A stretch of DNA of 63,132 nt, filler included, from Octopus bimaculoides (taxonomy: Eukaryota): NCBI RefSeq assembly GCF_001194135.2. It is 7 parts of 7 records of this genome, joined end to end, with 100 filler letters (N's around TTAATTAATTAA, not from the genome) between each part and the next. Parts side by side here need not be neighbours in the genome. Positions count along the whole stretch, not along the records: positions 28,253 to 40,831 come from NC_068983.1; positions 40,932 to 47,082 come from NC_068991.1; positions 47,183 to 53,043 come from NC_068992.1; 4 more parts are not named here. One strand, written 5' to 3'. Below are positions 38,321-51,034 of the stretch, in pieces. The notes beneath the pieces were generated by a model. That model was not told the origin of the DNA. It saw only the letters and a list, made by a program, of their open reading frames with translations, and ran no database searches. Position numbers and translations under genes: made by a program. Positions within the stretch are counted from its first letter, which is position 1. Every line of letters begins with the position of its first letter.

Positions 38321-39690
38321 AGATAGCAATATATGACTATTAGTAATAGGATAAAAATAGCCCTTTCTACACAACAAGTGTGAGAATGAAAGGGATACAC
38401 AAATGGAGACAACACAGGGAAGAGGGGATTTTCTTTAGTCCTGTTACAGACAAGACAACCTATCTGTTGCTAGTGAACAAATGAACGTTACTTGGCTCTG
38501 GTTTATGAGTTCATCCAGGTTTTAGTTCGAAGTTCAAGTACAATAATATGCTTGACTGTTTGAAATTCAAGATACTTGGCTTGAAGGTATGGCAAGTAGT
38601 TTTCATCTCCCGTACATAAGACACAGTAAGGTAAAGCCAATATTTCTGGTTTTTCGCCTGCGCAAAGATCACAGCATTAACTGTGACTGTTGAATTCTTT
38701 TACTTTTGGAGTTGCATTTTGTTTTATTTTCGAGTTGCATCATTTAAAAGAACACATAACATAACATGACTTTTACCTTGTTTCTCGTCTTATTTTCATT
38801 TTATTACACACATACACACACACACACATCTGAATAAAAGGGATCCACAGAGGATCATGAGCACACCACAATTATTGGCGAGACAGAATGACGCAAATCA
38901 CAGTTAAGTAATCCATTATCATCACACAGAATGCATCGATAAAGGAAAGTTCACTGCTATTTGATAATCTGCATCACCAATAGTATCCAAACCTATTCAA
39001 AAATGAATGGAACCTAAAACATGCCATAAAAACACAATAAAACCAGACAAATGGATTATCTGGTACTGCTACAATTGTTTTATTAAGAGTCTTCATTGTG
39101 ATGTAAACATGATACATTCAGGTATGTTGCTTGCATAACGATTATGCAAACAATAATCAATACAATTATGTAACACATTATATAACTTTCACCAAATAAG
39201 CAAATGAGCAGAAACGTTGATTAATCGACAGATCATCAACAAGTAAAATTTCTAATCAGAATCTACCAATCACAAGGGTGAATAGCAGAATGAGATTATA
39301 AATTAAAGAATAGTTAAAAGGCTGGTTCTGGCAAAACAGGCTTGTATAACAGCAGGTAGCAGGTACCAAGCATAACATTTGACCTTATCAAAACATATTT
39401 TAAGACAGATGTCAAATTTGATTTTAAAAAAAGCTATTTCTTATGTTGTATCTAGCACTACTTATTCATTCACTTAATTCAGCTTAAAATGATCCAATTA
39501 ATTATTGCACAACTAATAGAACATTAGTTTTAATTTCAAGAGGGAGATCCAGCTAATTATAATTCAGAGAAAATAATTTAAGGAAAACTGCAGAGAATAG
39601 CAAAAGTCACTGCGAAATTTCAGATGAGAAGAAAAAGTGGATGAAGGAAAGGGGAAATGTTGAAAATTATTAATATATAGAGACAGTGAT

Positions 39691-40074
39691 GATGATGGCA
39701 CTCCATTGCTTACAACGTCGAGGGTTCCAGGTAATCCGATCAACGGAACAGCCTGCTCGTGAAATTAACGTGCAAGTGGCTGAGCACTCCACAGACACGT
39801 GTACCCTTAACGTAGTTCTCGGGGATATTCAGCGTGACACAGTGTGACAAGGCTGACCCTTTGAATTACAGGCACAACAGAAACAGGAAGTAAGAGAGAG
39901 AGAAAGTTGTGGTGGAAGAGAACAGCAGGGTTTGCCACCATCCCTTGCCAGAGCCTCGTGGAGCTTTAGGTGTTTTCGCTCAATAAACACTCACAACGCC
40001 CGATCTGGGAATCGAAACTGCGATCCTATGACCGCGAGTCCGCTGCCCTAACCACTGGGCCATTGCGCCTCCAC
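39691..40074 (-). mobile_element. SINE family A1, full length, with ~12-bp TSD
   Basis: Reverse complement of 44355-44740; flanks agagacagtgat (39679-39690) and agagacagcgat (40075-40086). Confidence 0.92.
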
Positions 40075-40831
40075 AGAGACAGCGATAATCACAATGTTAC
40101 AATCACAGTGCAAGCCTTTATGAGCGAAATTATTAAGTTTAATGACATCTTTGACTACATATGCCTTTTAACTATTCTTTAAATTACATTATTCTGCTAT
40201 AATGACTGACAAACTCTAGTCTTATACACTTTACATTTCTTAACTATTGGTACGTCTAAGAAATTTCACTTAATGATCTGTTGATTATTCAATGTGCCAC
40301 AGGTTACTTGTTTATTTAGTATGCCTGAAAAGCCTCGTAACATATTACATAATCTTAACTGAGTGTACCATGTTCACGTGACAATAACAATTCTTTATGA
40401 AACAATTGCAGAAAACCAGATAACTAATCTCTACCTCTCTCTCTCTTTATATATATACACACAAATATATATGCATATATATACATACATATATACATAT
40501 ATATATACATATACATACATATACATATACATATATATACACATATATATACATATACATACACATATATATACTTATACATATATATATACACATATAT
40601 ATACTTATACATATATCATCATGATGATGATGATGATATATACACATATATATATATATACATATACATATATTTATTCCACAGCTTCTTCCCCAACCCA
40701 ACCTCCCAACCTGGCTCGTTCCCCTGCTCCCGCCCACGCTGCCGCACTTGCCCTTACCTCTCCAACACCACCCTCCTCACCAGCACCCATCACCGACCCT
40801 ATCACATCACCGACTCCTTCACCTGCACTTC

Positions 40832-40931
40832 NNNNNNNNNNNNNNNNNNNNNNNNNNNNNNNNNNNNNNNNNNNNTTAATTAATTAANNNNNNNNNNNNN
40901 NNNNNNNNNNNNNNNNNNNNNNNNNNNNNNN
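40832..40931. other. Artificial scaffold-joining linker
   Basis: 44N-TTAATTAATTAA-44N. Confidence 0.97.
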
Positions 40932-40974
40932 TGTGTCTATGATTACACATTCCCTCGCATGCACCCCCCACACC

Positions 40975-41026
<52 letters not shown>

Positions 41027-41299
41027 ACACACACAGATGTGCACGCATATGCAAGTGCGCGTATGCATGTGTGTATATGTATGTGTGAGTGTGTATGTGT
41101 GAGTGTGTATGTATCTATGTCATTCGGTTTTATTTCAAGATTTCTTGCCAATATAGAAATAACCGATTTCCAACCTAGATTCCGTCATTGGAATTTCAAC
41201 ATCAACTGGCTATTTTTCTATGCATGCATGCCTGTATGTATGTATGTATGTATGTATGTATGTATGTATGTATGTATGTATGTATGTATGTATGTATGT

Positions 41300-42540
41300 A
41301 TATGTGCAGATTTGTATGTTTTGTTTCATGTGTGTATTCTCATGCATATATTTGCATATCTAGACATGCTCATATATACTTAAATGATAAACTTCTGGAA
41401 AGTTTTGCAGATTGCTACAGTTCCAGTGATGGCTTGGATCTGTAGTCTTAGAATCAGCTTTCTCCTTCCTGGTTTTGAGAAGCCTAATTTCTTAAGATTG
41501 GTATTTAAGCAGTGTGTTACATATCCCCGGAGACTCCCTTCGGTCACGAATGACCATGGGATTGCACCTAGAAAGTTACCCTCCCAGGCACAAGTCCGGG
41601 CAAGGTTGTTTATGGAAGGCCAGCAGTCGCCCATGTATACCGGCCTCCTCTCTCCACACCACCGATATAACCCAAGGGAAAGGCAAAGGCCGATACAACT
41701 TGGCACCAGTGACGACACGACTCATTTCTACAGCTGAGTGAGGTAGAGCAACATGAAATAAAGTGTCTTGCCCAAGAACACAACACACAGCCTGGTCCAG
41801 GATTCGAACTCACAACCTCACGGTCGTAAGTTCGACGCCCTAACCACTGTACCATGCGCCTTCACAGTTACACAGTTACATATCCCAGTGCTCCAATAAT
41901 TACGGGATAAAGTAGCTGTAGATTCCTCAAAATTTTAGCGTATTTCCTTTTTCGTTTTATGTTAACATGCCTTGAGCAGCTGATTTCCAAAATTGTACAC
42001 AGTTTCTCTTCTCTATCCCAAATCATTGTTTACATTTTATTGGGGTTTTCACTGGGACATTCCACCACTACTCCTTTTCATTATGAGTAGCTATGGCTTC
42101 TACCATACTGTAGGTTCTTATTTATTTGGTCTCATGGTTAACCTTCCGACGGATCTCATTATACAGTGACCTAGCTACAACATCATGTCTCATCGGTAGA
42201 TAATACTCTGATGTCATTTTCGGACAGCTGCTTATGATGTGGGTTGTGTCTTCGGTGTTAACTGCACAAAGTCTGCATCAGTTGTCACATTTTACTACTT
42301 TTCTTGCGTCTCTATCCCTTTTGTTAATCAGATATTTAGTTGATATTTCCTGTTCCTAGATTGCAAACGCATACCCTTCAAAGTGGGAGTTAATAATCAG
42401 GCTATTGGTCCATGATAAACTACTTTGATGATCAATATTACTATCTCCTCGGAGTTTTCTAACATATCCATGCATGGTCTTCTGCGATACTATATTCTAT
42501 CAGTGATAATATAATCACACCTTGTATTTAACTTCCAGAT
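41300..42540 (-). mobile_element. RLE-type LINE 3' portion, interrupted by a SINE, ending in (CATA)n
   Basis: KTMHGY..., DN*CRLC..TEDTTHIISSCPK (CCHC), LPMRHDVVAR, ILEISC, C-terminal GYVTHCLNTNLKKLGFSKPGRRKLILRLQIQAITGTVAICKTFQKFII*; homologous to 58385-58927. Confidence 0.88.
41528..41874 (-). mobile_element. SINE family A3 (tRNA head + CORE-like middle + distinct 3' module) with 12-bp TSD
   Basis: A box ggtacagtggtt, B box gagttcgaatcc; TSD gttacatatccc at 41516-41527 and 41875-41886. Confidence 0.88.
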
Positions 42541-42684
42541 GGCGGCTCACGATGAAGTCAGGTCAGCTATGACTTTCATTATGCTCACTGGAACTTTAGC
42601 TAGTTGAATGAAACTCCATTTAATTGAATACATACATACATACATACATACATCCATACATACATACATACATACACACATACA

Positions 42685-42860
42685 CGAGGGTCGGCTGAAA
42701 AGTTCGCAGGTTGACCAAGATACTCTCATGGAATATAACTAAATGAGGTCTACTTTTCAACATAGTCCCCTTTGCGGTCCATACACTTCTTCCATCGGTC
42801 TTGCAGTAATTGAATCCCATTGGTGAAGAAGCTTCCATCCTGTTGTTATCAAAATAAGCA
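42685..42860 (-). mobile_element. Mariner 3' end with TIR
   Basis: Minus strand QQDGSFFTNGIQLLQDRWKKCMDRKGDYVEK*; terminus cgagggtcggctgaaaagttc. Confidence 0.85.
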
Positions 42861-43150
42861 ACAAGGCCATCTAGAGGTAATGCAGTTCGATCGTTTCATG
42901 CAACTCCATTTAATTGAACAATGCAATCATTACATTAATTTAAATGCAGAGCAATCCTCAGCTGCACAAAGACATAGAATTTAATTAAATTAAAACAGAT
43001 GGACATATTAGTATAATTATACCTAAAATCTCCAAGAAGTTAAGGAGATAGACAATGAACATGCTGCCTTCACTCCAGCATAATGTATATATATACATGT
43101 ATGTATGTATGTATGTATGTATGTATGTATGTATGTATGTATGTATGTAT

Positions 43151-43335
43151 GTTTTCCCTTTCTCTTTTTCATTTAGAGTAAATTTCGACCGGCCACAGAC
43201 TTGGTGGCAAGGTTGTGAAGGAAAGTATCATGATTTAGCTATCAGCCTTTAAATCTTGAGAAGGTCTTGCAGATTGCTAGTCTCCGATAGTGTGATCATT
43301 TATAGCATATGAATTAAGGATTTGCATTCTCCTGT
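43151..43335 (-). mobile_element. 3' end of RLE-type LINE flanked by (CATA)n on both sides
   Basis: Homologous to 15309-15490; degenerate MITLSET.AICKTFSRFKG*. Confidence 0.7.
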
Positions 43336-43842
43336 ATGTATGTATGTATGTATGTATGTATGTATGTATGTATGTATGTATGTTATGTCAAGTCGTTTAA
43401 GCTATTGGTACCATGTAACCCAGTACAAAATGTCGCATGGTCGGGTCGTCTGCGACTAAACCGGCTCCCCTACCAATTCCACTTGGTGAGGAGGGTGTGT
43501 ACTAAAAACAAGACCTGTAAAAGGGTGGAAGAACTCTTAAGAGTCAACGGCCACCCAATTATTATAGGTACACACACACACACACNNNNNNNNNNNNNNN
43601 NNNNNNNNNNNNNNNNNNNNNNNNNNNNNNNNNNNNNNNNNNNNNNNNNNNNNNNNNNNNNNNNNNNNNNNNNNNNNNNNNNNNNNNNNNNNNNNNNNNN
43701 NNNNNNNNNNNNNNNNNNNNNNNNNNNNNNNNNNNNNNNNNNNNNNNNNNNNNNNNNNNNNNNNNNNNNNNNNNNNNNNNNNNNNNNNNNNNNNNNNNCT
43801 TTAAAATAAGAACGCAAGGCGTATGACACCAGAGGATGGCCA

Positions 43843-44337
43843 TTTATAATAATAAAAGCGAAATTCTGTCTGTCCGTCTAGGACCCTTGTATCTCAGTCT
43901 ACATTTGTTCTACATAGACATATACCGTTTTGGAATCAGGATTTTCCTGGGATTAAAAATCTGCCCTTCATTTGGGTCTTGAACATCCATCATTGGGACC
44001 TGATTTAAAATCATTCGAGTTGTTATTTCTTGCATGTAAAGCTTGGCTGAATCACGCCATCTTGGTTGGCATTTGTCAGATGACGTCAGAGATCAAGGGG
44101 GAGATAAATGACATTCGCTTCGTTAATTTTATGTCCGGAACTTGGGACTGGAACAATAGAATGATTGCGTTACAGAATTAATTCTCATCCGTCCTTAACA
44201 TCTGATCAAACACCACAGTCAATATAGGCGTATTATAGTCATGCTATTTAGCTCTCTTTATTTTGGGGCCTCTGGACCAATTAACCATCCGCAGGAGCTA
44301 GCTTAAAAGGCCGCACGGACTGCGGCATTTAAGCTAG
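43843..44337 (+). mobile_element. ~495-bp non-autonomous Helitron
   Basis: A|T(T)TATAATAATAAAAGCGAAATTCTGTCTGTCCGTC 5' end (canonical TC apparently mutated); subterminal hairpin gccgca-cggac-tgcggc (44310-44326); ends CTAG|T at 44334-44338. Confidence 0.75.
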
Positions 44338-44354
44338 TGTATAATAATTCTAAT

Positions 44355-44740
44355 GTGGAGGCGCAATGGCCCAGTGGTTAGGGCAGCGGACTCGCGGTCA
44401 TAAGATCGTGGTTTCGATTCCCAGACCAGGCGTTGTGAGTGTTTATTGAGCGAAAACACCTAAAGCTCCACGAGGCTCCGGCAGGGGATGGTGGCGAACC
44501 CTGCTGTACTCTTTCACCACAACTTTCTCTCACTCTTACTTCCTGTTTCTGTTGTGCCTGTAATTCAAAGGGTTAGCCTTGTCACACTGTGTCACGCTGG
44601 ATATCCCCGAGAACTACGTTAAGGGTACACGTGTCTGTGGAGTGCTCAGCCACTTGCACGTTAATTTCACGAGCAGGCTGTTCCGTTGATTGGATCAACT
44701 GGAACCCTCGACGTTGTAAGCGACGGAGTGCCAGCCTAGC
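44355..44740 (+). mobile_element. SINE family A1, full length, with 14-bp TSD
   Basis: tRNA-like head with A box tggcccagtgg and B box ggtttcgattcc; TSD ataataattctaat at 44341-44354 and 44741-44754. Confidence 0.95.
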
Positions 44741-45369
44741 ATAATAATTCTAATATATGTAGGATACCGTTGGTTTGCAACTAGATTCACGATATCCTAG
44801 ATGGCAGGAACCAAACTAAGGTGAAATAACAGAGAAGTGATATCTAAATTTCAGAGAGAACCAGAAAATTCTTCAATTTGGTCAAGGCAGACGTATACGA
44901 GAGAAAACAACGAAGAGAACGAAATTATACATTCAAATTTAAGATAACAAACCAATCGTTGGTTGAGTTTATGGGTAGCAGGGCCGAGGCTGGTAGTGGA
45001 AGAAAGGATGCTGCAGTGTGACTGAAATGAACATGATGTTGTCGGGTAACATCAGTGGTACCCGGCATCGCCGAGGTGGTCGTGCTGTCGGGGGGAATTT
45101 TGTGATGACAAAAACCGATGACGGTAGGTATATGATGGAATTCTCTTCAAAGATGATGTATGAGAATTAAGTTTTGTTTGAATGACCGACACAAACGATT
45201 TGTTTATAATGCAGTACATTAGATCTTTTTCTCCATCAACTCGATGTTACCTGAACAGGTGCAAGGTCTACCACACGCCAAGTGTTGAAGTAATTGCAGA
45301 ACAACGGGAAATGTGTGTGTATACATATACATACATACATACATACATGCATACATACACAGTTGGCAC

Positions 45370-45603
45370 GCCGTGGCTTCCGACGTCGAGGGTTCCAGTT
45401 GATTCGACCAACTGGAACAGTCTGCTCGTGAAATTAACGTGCAAGTGGCTGAGCACTCCACACACACGTGTACCCTTAACGTAGTTCTCGGTGATATTCA
45501 GCGTGACACAGTGTGACAAGGCTGACCCTTTGAATTACAAGCACAACAGAAACAGGAAGTAAGAGTGAGAGAAAGTTGTGGTGAAAGAGTACATCAGGGT
45601 TCG
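45370..45603 (-). mobile_element. SINE family A1, 3' portion
   Basis: Near-identical to 39700-39930; head lost in gap. Confidence 0.88.
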
Positions 45604-46391
45604 NNNNNNNNNNNNNNNNNNNNNNNNNNNNNNNNNNNNNNNNNNNNNNNNNNNNNNNNNNNNNNNNNNNNNNNNNNNNNNNNNNNNNNNNNNNNNNNNN
45701 NNNNNNNNNNNNNNNNNNNNNNNNNNNNNNNNNNNNNNNNNNNNNNNNNNNNNNNNNNNNNNNNNNNNNNNNNNNNNNNNNNNNNNNNNNNNNNNNNNNN
45801 NNNNNNNNNNNNNNNNNNNNNNNNNNNNNNNNNNNNNNNNNNNNNNNNNNNNNNNNNNNNNNNNNNNNNNNNNNNNNNNNNNNNNNNNNNNNNNNNNNNN
45901 NNNNNNNNNNNNNNNNNNNNNNNNNNNNNNNNNNNNNNNNNNNNNNNNNNNNNNNNNNNNNNNNNNNNNNNNNNNNNNNNNNNNNNNNNNNNNNNNNNNN
46001 NNNNNNNNNNNNNNNNNNNNNNNNNNNNNNNNNNNNNNNNNNNNNNNNNNNNNNNNNNNNNNNNNNNNNNNNNNNNNNNNNNNNNNNNNNNNNNNNNNNN
46101 NNNNNNNNNNNNNNNNNNNNNNNNNNNNNNNNNNNNNNNNNNNNNNNNNNNNNNNNNNNNNNNNNNNNNNNNNNNNNNNNNNNNNNNNNNNNNNNNNNNN
46201 NNNNNNNNNNNNNNNNNNNNNNNNNNNNNNNNNNNNNNNNNNNNNNNNTATATATACATGTATGTATGTATATATGTGTGTGTGAGTGTGTGTGTGTGTG
46301 TTTATTTAGATGTTTGCGCATGGAACTAAATTTTTCGAGGTCATCTGTTAATATAGGAATATAAGATTACAAACTCACATGCACATACACT

Positions 46392-46422
<31 letters not shown>

Positions 46423-47082
46423 ATACACACACACACAAACTCATGCGCTCACATATATACACACATACAGACACATGCATACATACATTCATATACACAT
46501 ACAACGATGCATACATACATGCATGCATACATACATTCACACACACGTACACACACGCGTATACATACATACATTCATACATACATACATACATACGTAC
46601 ATACTTACAGCTATATCCATCCAACGCCACTTCAAACAATAAACTTCAAATTTTCATGTTTCTATAAAGAGGTAAGGAAAGATGTGGGTAATTGAGTCGT
46701 TCCCATCATTCTTAAAATATTTCTAATAGGAAGTTTATTGTCTTTGTATCATGTGTTTCAAGCATACAGATACACACGTGTGGTGGGGGAGTGGAGTGTT
46801 GGGGGAGTGCGATGAAGAGTGTGGGGTGGGGGTGGGTGTAAGAGGAGTATGTGCGTATGTGTGTATGTGTATGTGCGTACGTAATTGATGTATTGGCGTA
46901 AATATGTCGACTATTTAATAATGTACATTTAATAATGTACAGGAAACACATGGGTGTATAAAATTATACGCATATACATTCATACTTACGTACAAATATA
47001 CATACATATGTATGTATACATACGTACATACATACATACATACACACACATACATATATATATATACATATATATATATATA

Positions 47083-47182
47083 NNNNNNNNNNNNNNNNNN
47101 NNNNNNNNNNNNNNNNNNNNNNNNNNTTAATTAATTAANNNNNNNNNNNNNNNNNNNNNNNNNNNNNNNNNNNNNNNNNNNN
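47083..47182. other. Artificial scaffold-joining linker
   Basis: 44N-TTAATTAATTAA-44N. Confidence 0.97.
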
Positions 47183-47736
47183 GGTTCGTAGGTGAAGGGT
47201 GGGGGCTGAGGGGTGGGGGCTGAGGGGTGCTGGGTTGTGGGGGGTGTTGGGTGGAGATTCTTTTGGCTTCTGGGATGGAATTTGGTTTAGTTTTGTCTTG
47301 TTATTTAAGTTTATTAATGGAGTTGAGACAAGTGGATGGCATATGGCCATCTCTGGCATCTACATGCGTGCATGTACGTGTCTATGTAAGTATGTATGTA
47401 TGTATGTATGTATGTGTGTATGTAAGTATGTATGTATGTGTGTATGTATGTATGTATTATGTATGTAGGTGTGTGTGTATGTATGTATGTATGCCTGCAT
47501 ACATATTATATGCATGTATGTATGTGTATCCATGTATGTATGCATGTGAAGGTATGTATATATGTATGTATACATTAATATAATGCGTAATACTTATAAT
47601 GCATAATGTATTATATATATGCATGGATTTAGCTGTATATCTTTCCATATATATAAAAATGTGTACATATAGATGCGTACACACATACACACATACACAA
47701 ATGCACACACTCACACGCACAGATACACACACTCAT

Positions 47737-47767
<31 letters not shown>

Positions 47768-47953
47768 CGTGCATACACACTCACGCACAACCATATATAC
47801 ATGCATATGTATACTCACACACATTTTTATTTGCTTTAAATGTATATCTGTCTGTATTCTTAAATATATGCATATATATCTATTTATATATATATATAGC
47901 TATATATGGTATATATCCTGTATAAACATATATACATACATACGCACGCACAA

Positions 47954-48011
<58 letters not shown>

Positions 48012-48175
48012 TTACATATATATATACATATACATATACATATATATTACACGCATATCCAATGAAAAGTAGCTGACAAAGAACATTAGCATCTTTAATT
48101 ATAAGTTACATTTGTTTCCGTACCATCTCTATATACACGTATATATAGTTATGTATGATATATAAACCTATTTTC

Positions 48176-48216
<41 letters not shown>

Positions 48217-48325
48217 TACGCATGTCTCTATCTTTCTTTCTATCTATTATTCTCTCTAGACACGCACACATACGCATACATACACATTCATATACACACG
48301 CACACACATATATGCAATTTTTTTT

Positions 48326-48626
48326 CGCCTTTTAAAGCCTAGCCAGGCTCATGGGCCCGGTTTCCCGGTTTCTATGGCGTATGTGTTGCCCCCCCCCCCG
48401 CTGGATAGGACGCCAGTCCATCGCAGCGTTACTCAAGAAACAAGATGGAAGAGTGAGAGTTGGGCGAAAGAGTACAACAGGGGTCGCCACCACCCCCTGC
48501 CGGAGCCTCGTGGAGCTTTAGGTGTTTTCGCTCAATAAACACACTCAACGCGCAGTCTGGGAATCGAAACCGCGATCCTCCGACCGCGATTCCGCTGTCT
48601 TAACTACTGGGCCATTGTGCCTCCAC
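48326..48626 (-). mobile_element. SINE with the A1 head and a different, V-domain-like 3' module
   Basis: 5' ~170 bp matches A1; 3' part gctgcgatggactggcgtcctatccagcgggg...catgagcctggctaggctt is not found in A1. Confidence 0.75.
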
Positions 48627-48773
48627 TATATGCATATGCATATACATAAATTGATATTCCCTCCACTGCAACTCAGAGGTTCACACATTGAGCATATAAG
48701 TGTGTGTACGTGATATGAAGGAATATATATACGACACAGAGCGAGAGCGCCAAGGCGAGATCGACAAATAGAT

Positions 48774-48807
<34 letters not shown>

Positions 48808-48809
<2 letters not shown>

Positions 48810-48898
48810 TCTTTTATTCTTTTACTTGTTTCAGTCATTCGACTGCAGCCATGCTGGAGCACCGCCTTTAGTCGAGGAAATCGACCCCCAGGACTTAT
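48808..48898 (-). mobile_element. SINE family B, 3' fragment
   Basis: ttacttgtttcagtcattcgactgcagccatgctggagcaccgcctttagtcg. Confidence 0.8.
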
Positions 48899-49800
48899 AT
48901 ATATATATATATGGAGAGAAAGAGAGGGAGGGAAAGATAGAAAGAGGGAGAGAGGGAGATAGGGAGAAAGAGAGAGTGAGGGAGAGAGGGAAGAAGAGCG
49001 AGAGAGATATATGACTTACAATTGCTGATTTGGAATTCCTTCCTAAGTTCGTCCAGCGTCTAAGCATGTACAAGGGTAATACTAACCGGTATCTTACGGT
49101 AAACCTGATATATATTTTAATTAGAAATTCTTAGCGATAAGCGCTGAGAAATCTATATTATAATTACAAGCTACTGTTGACATCAATATGACAGCTTTAA
49201 GAAGCTTTGAATTTTAGCGAAGAGATCAGATTTATAAAGATATAAGAAATGTCATAATTCTGACTGGAGATGGCGGCCATTTTGACGTAATCAGGCAGAC
49301 GATAGACAGATACTTTCATCAAGAGAAATTGAATTTTCAAACTTTGCTGTCTTTGTTTTCATTGAAATGTTAAGATTGTCACTCATATTTGATTGAATAT
49401 GTACACAGAGCTTTACAGCAATCTCTCTCTTTTTGCTTATCTCTCTTTTTCTCTTTATTTTCCATCTATATCTCTCTGTATCTACAACACAGCTCCCTTT
49501 ATACATATGTACGTACATTCATACGTACACACGTACAATCATTTAATTGGAACTCTTTTTGGCATAAATAAATGCTTAAGTGAAAATCTGGAAAAGCTGG
49601 GAATTTCAGAAAAATTAAATCAACCAGCCAATAGCAACTTTACAAATACAATTAGTAAGCGGAACAATAAAAATATGCAAGACTTTTCATATGTTCAAAA
49701 GGTTGATTTGTTTTCGTTATTCCAGCGATGGAGTTTTGTATATTTATTGGAAACCAGGACCTTCCTTACAAGAAAACTTCAAGTGATTAAAAACAGAAAT

Positions 49801-49837
<37 letters not shown>

Positions 49838-50574
49838 NNNNNNNNNNNNNNNNNNNNNNNNNNNNNNNNNNNNNNNNNNNNNNNNNNNNNNNNNNNNNNN
49901 NNNNNNNNNNNNNNNNNNNNNNNNNNNNNNNNNNNNNNNNNNNNNNNNNNNNNNNNNNAGAATACTTAAATGATAGGCACCAGGTAGGATCTAAATCAAC
50001 GTGTAAACAACACCTTTAGTCGAAATCCGCTGAAACATTTGTAATGAAGTGACGCATGTCCATCATTTTGTTATTCATTTATTTGCATATATATATATAT
50101 ATAAGTGCATATATATATAAGTGCATATATATGTATGTATACGTCCGTATATGTAAGTATACTGTTTATATACATGTATTTGTATTTATGTACTTGAGTA
50201 TATTTCACTGATGAAGGCAGAGCATTTATGCAAAGCCAGAAATTCAGGATTTGAAATTATCTTATTATTTTTACTGGTTTATTTGGTCTTATATATATAT
50301 ATATATATATAAGCATACATTTATTTATTTGTATATTCGTACATACATGCATATAGATATATCTGTTGCAAAATGTAACTATATGTTTTTTTCCTCCGTC
50401 TTCCTTTTCTCTTGGACTTTCCTCTGTCTCCTGTTTTTGAAGAAGAGCTTTGCTCGAGACGTAAAACACCCTTTCCTTCCTTCCGTTAATGTCTTATTGA
50501 TATTTTGCACGTACCACGTCCTCGCGCTGTGTTTTCCTTGAGTTTTCCCCCTCGTTTTCTTTTGGGTTTAATTA

Positions 50575-50820
50575 TATATAAGCCTCTTCCACCGTGTTCT
50601 CTCCTCAAGTACAGCTGGCTGATATCAGCTTTCGGATGGTGGGCCCCATACATCGTCAACAACTTCCTAATTTTTCTGTCAAGTTTCTTTATATCGTTTT
50701 TGGTCCAGTCTACAATTCCAACTCCATTTCTGATTAAGGGCACTCCTCATGAATTTATTGTTTCAATAAGATTTTTTGGAATTCAGCTTTGACTGCAATA
50801 ATTTTTTGACTCTCCGTGTG
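50575..50820 (-). mobile_element. R4/Dong-like LINE fragment (post-RT region)
   Basis: KLNSKNLIETINS*GVPLIRNGVGIVDWTKNDIKKLDRKIRKLLTMYGAHHPKADISQLYLRREHGGRGL; preceded on the sense strand by (AAT)n at 50821-50850. Confidence 0.85.
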
Positions 50821-50856
50821 TAATTATTATTATTATTATTATTATTATTTTATAAT

Positions 50857-50899
<43 letters not shown>

Positions 50900-50979
50900 C
50901 ACATATGCATAAAGGCGCATTCACACGCGCACACACATATATATTTGTATATTAAGTATATTACGTATTTATACATACA

Positions 50980-51034
<55 letters not shown>

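Noticed and set aside
44355-44430. Possible tRNA gene
   Set aside because: It has A/B boxes but no complete acceptor stem and continues into a multi-copy body with TSDs, so it is a SINE head; the anticodon was not reliably assignable
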